Shown: positions 62,971-64,000 of the stretch, piece by piece | Numbering within the stretch: position 1 is the stretch's first letter | Layout of the letters: the number at the start of each line of letters is the position of its first letter | From: Mustelus asterias | Taxonomy: Eukaryota | DNA length: 64,000 nt | Direction: 5' to 3' | Assembly: GCF_964213995.1 (NCBI RefSeq) | Contig: NW_027590423.1 | Span: forward strand, 248,001-312,000 | Notes under the pieces: generated by a model | Databases searched by the model: none | Told to the model about the DNA's origin: nothing | Seen by the model: the letters and a program-made list of their open reading frames with translations, nothing else | Translations under genes and position numbers: made by a program

Positions 62971-64000
62971 TTATTTTACAGAGTGACGAGTTTCAACTTC
63001 GACCAAGGTCATTGTGAATCCACTCAGCGGGGGCGGCTCAAGATTTTCCCATTCCTCTGTTTTTTCTCTCGAGCGTGAGCTGCTTAGCACCCGCGTCACC
63101 ATCTGCCGCGCTGCCACTCTGGTAAGGAAGGATCTCAGGGCGGGTAAAAAACAACAAAATATCAGTCCCAGAATGATTATTGTTGCGATTGCTACAGCTC
63201 CAGCTTTGGCAAACCACGCCCCCCATCTTCCTAATATTCTGTCCAGCCAACTCCATACCTCATGCCCAAACCCAGCATTTTCTTTCACTTCTTTCTTAAG
63301 ATTTCTTAACTTATTCATGGCTTGTGTAAATGACCCCTCTGGATTAGTGTTATTAGGGATAAATGTGCAGCACTGATCCCCAAACATAACACACACCCCT
63401 CCTTTCTCTGCCAGGAGCCAATCTAACGCCTGTCGATTTTGCCACGCCATTTTGCTGGTCGCATCCAACTGCTCTCCTAAGGCCTCCAGGGCATCATTCG
63501 TATAATTAATAAACCTCTGCTGATTATAATAGATGTAATTGATCCACTCAGTATTCTTGCTGGGTGTGATCCAAACAAAGAGGGATTCAAACCCTGCAGC
63601 TATTTCGTTCCTAGCTTTGAACTCATTCGGGATGCCGCGGGGCTGTCCGATTGCGTCCAATTTTATCGTAGGGTCAGGGGTATATGCCCTCTTAATTCTT
63701 TGTGATTTAATTTCTCTTTCCCCCGGTAGTATCACAATGCTCTGGGCAAGCATAACTCGAGCACATAGTCCTTTCCAATTCTGTGGTAATTTTGCCAATA
63801 GCCCTTTCTCCGGGCCACAAAGCCACCAGAGATCGGCCAGTTGATTTTCTTGATAGTCTAACACAAAAGGAGGGGGTGCCCATCCCCCTCCTGAGAGGAT
63901 CAGATAAAGAGCATCGGTTATATTCCAAATCCTTTCACACTCTCCTGTGTAATTTCCCACACTACTTCCTGTGCTACTTTCCCTCCAATAGCAATCTCGG
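62971..64000 (-). CDS. env: Endogenous retrovirus env (C-terminal SU and complete TM); the frame is open to the window edge; gamma-type env resembling HERV-I/PABLB-like envs
   Basis: It has a furin site RIKR, the motif DAIGQPRGIPNEFKARNEIAAGFES and the motif WINYIYYNQQRF. It also has an immunosuppressive domain WQNRQALDWLLAEKGGVC, CX6CC (CVMFGDQCC) and a hydrophobic anchor AGAVAIATIIILGLIFCCFL. There are no stops or frameshifts. Confidence 0.93.
   Translation of the reverse strand, partial: RDCYWRESSTGSSVGNYTGECERIWNITDALYLILSGGGWAPPPFVLDYQENQLADLWWLCGPEKGLLAKLPQNWKGLCARVMLAQSIVILPGEREIKSQRIKRAYTPDPTIKLDAIGQPRGIPNEFKARNEIAAGFESLFVWITPSKNTEWINYIYYNQQRFINYTNDALEALGEQLDATSKMAWQNRQALDWLLAEKGGVCVMFGDQCCTFIPNNTNPEGSFTQAMNKLRNLKKEVKENAGFGHEVWSWLDRILGRWGAWFAKAGAVAIATIIILGLIFCCFLPALRSFLTRVAARQMVTRVLSSSRSREKTEEWENLEPPPLSGFTMTLVEVETRHSVK

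Overview
Eukaryotic genomic DNA, almost certainly from a shark or other elasmobranch: it carries HE1-type tRNA-derived SINEs, CR1 LINE fragments and a 69-bp chondrichthyan-type satellite, and it has many N gaps. From 1 to 24.4 kb it is a satellite/microsatellite mosaic containing a triplicated segmental block; the long HTLS/ERECV ORFs there are artefacts. From 24.8 to 45.4 kb it is a locally duplicated mosaic with strong splice signals. This part holds four 102-nt phase-2 plus-strand exons set among twelve ~120-bp units whose 22-nt core occurs in both orientations, plus a candidate minus-strand TATA/Kozak transcription unit. At 48.5-49.8 kb lie a 56-bp satellite with an RSS heptamer in each unit, a CTCF-like site and a 94-nt hairpin. 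A GPR139-like GPCR pseudogene occupies 51.3-52.3 kb. From 54 to 61.2 kb is the edge of a T-cell receptor alpha/delta V cluster: two intact L-V-23RSS segments and at least one pseudogene, all on the minus strand, with no D/J/C seen downstream. From 61.7 to 64 kb is the 3' LTR and open env of an endogenous retrovirus inserted about 0.5 kb upstream of a V leader. All calls come from reading the sequence; no database search was run.
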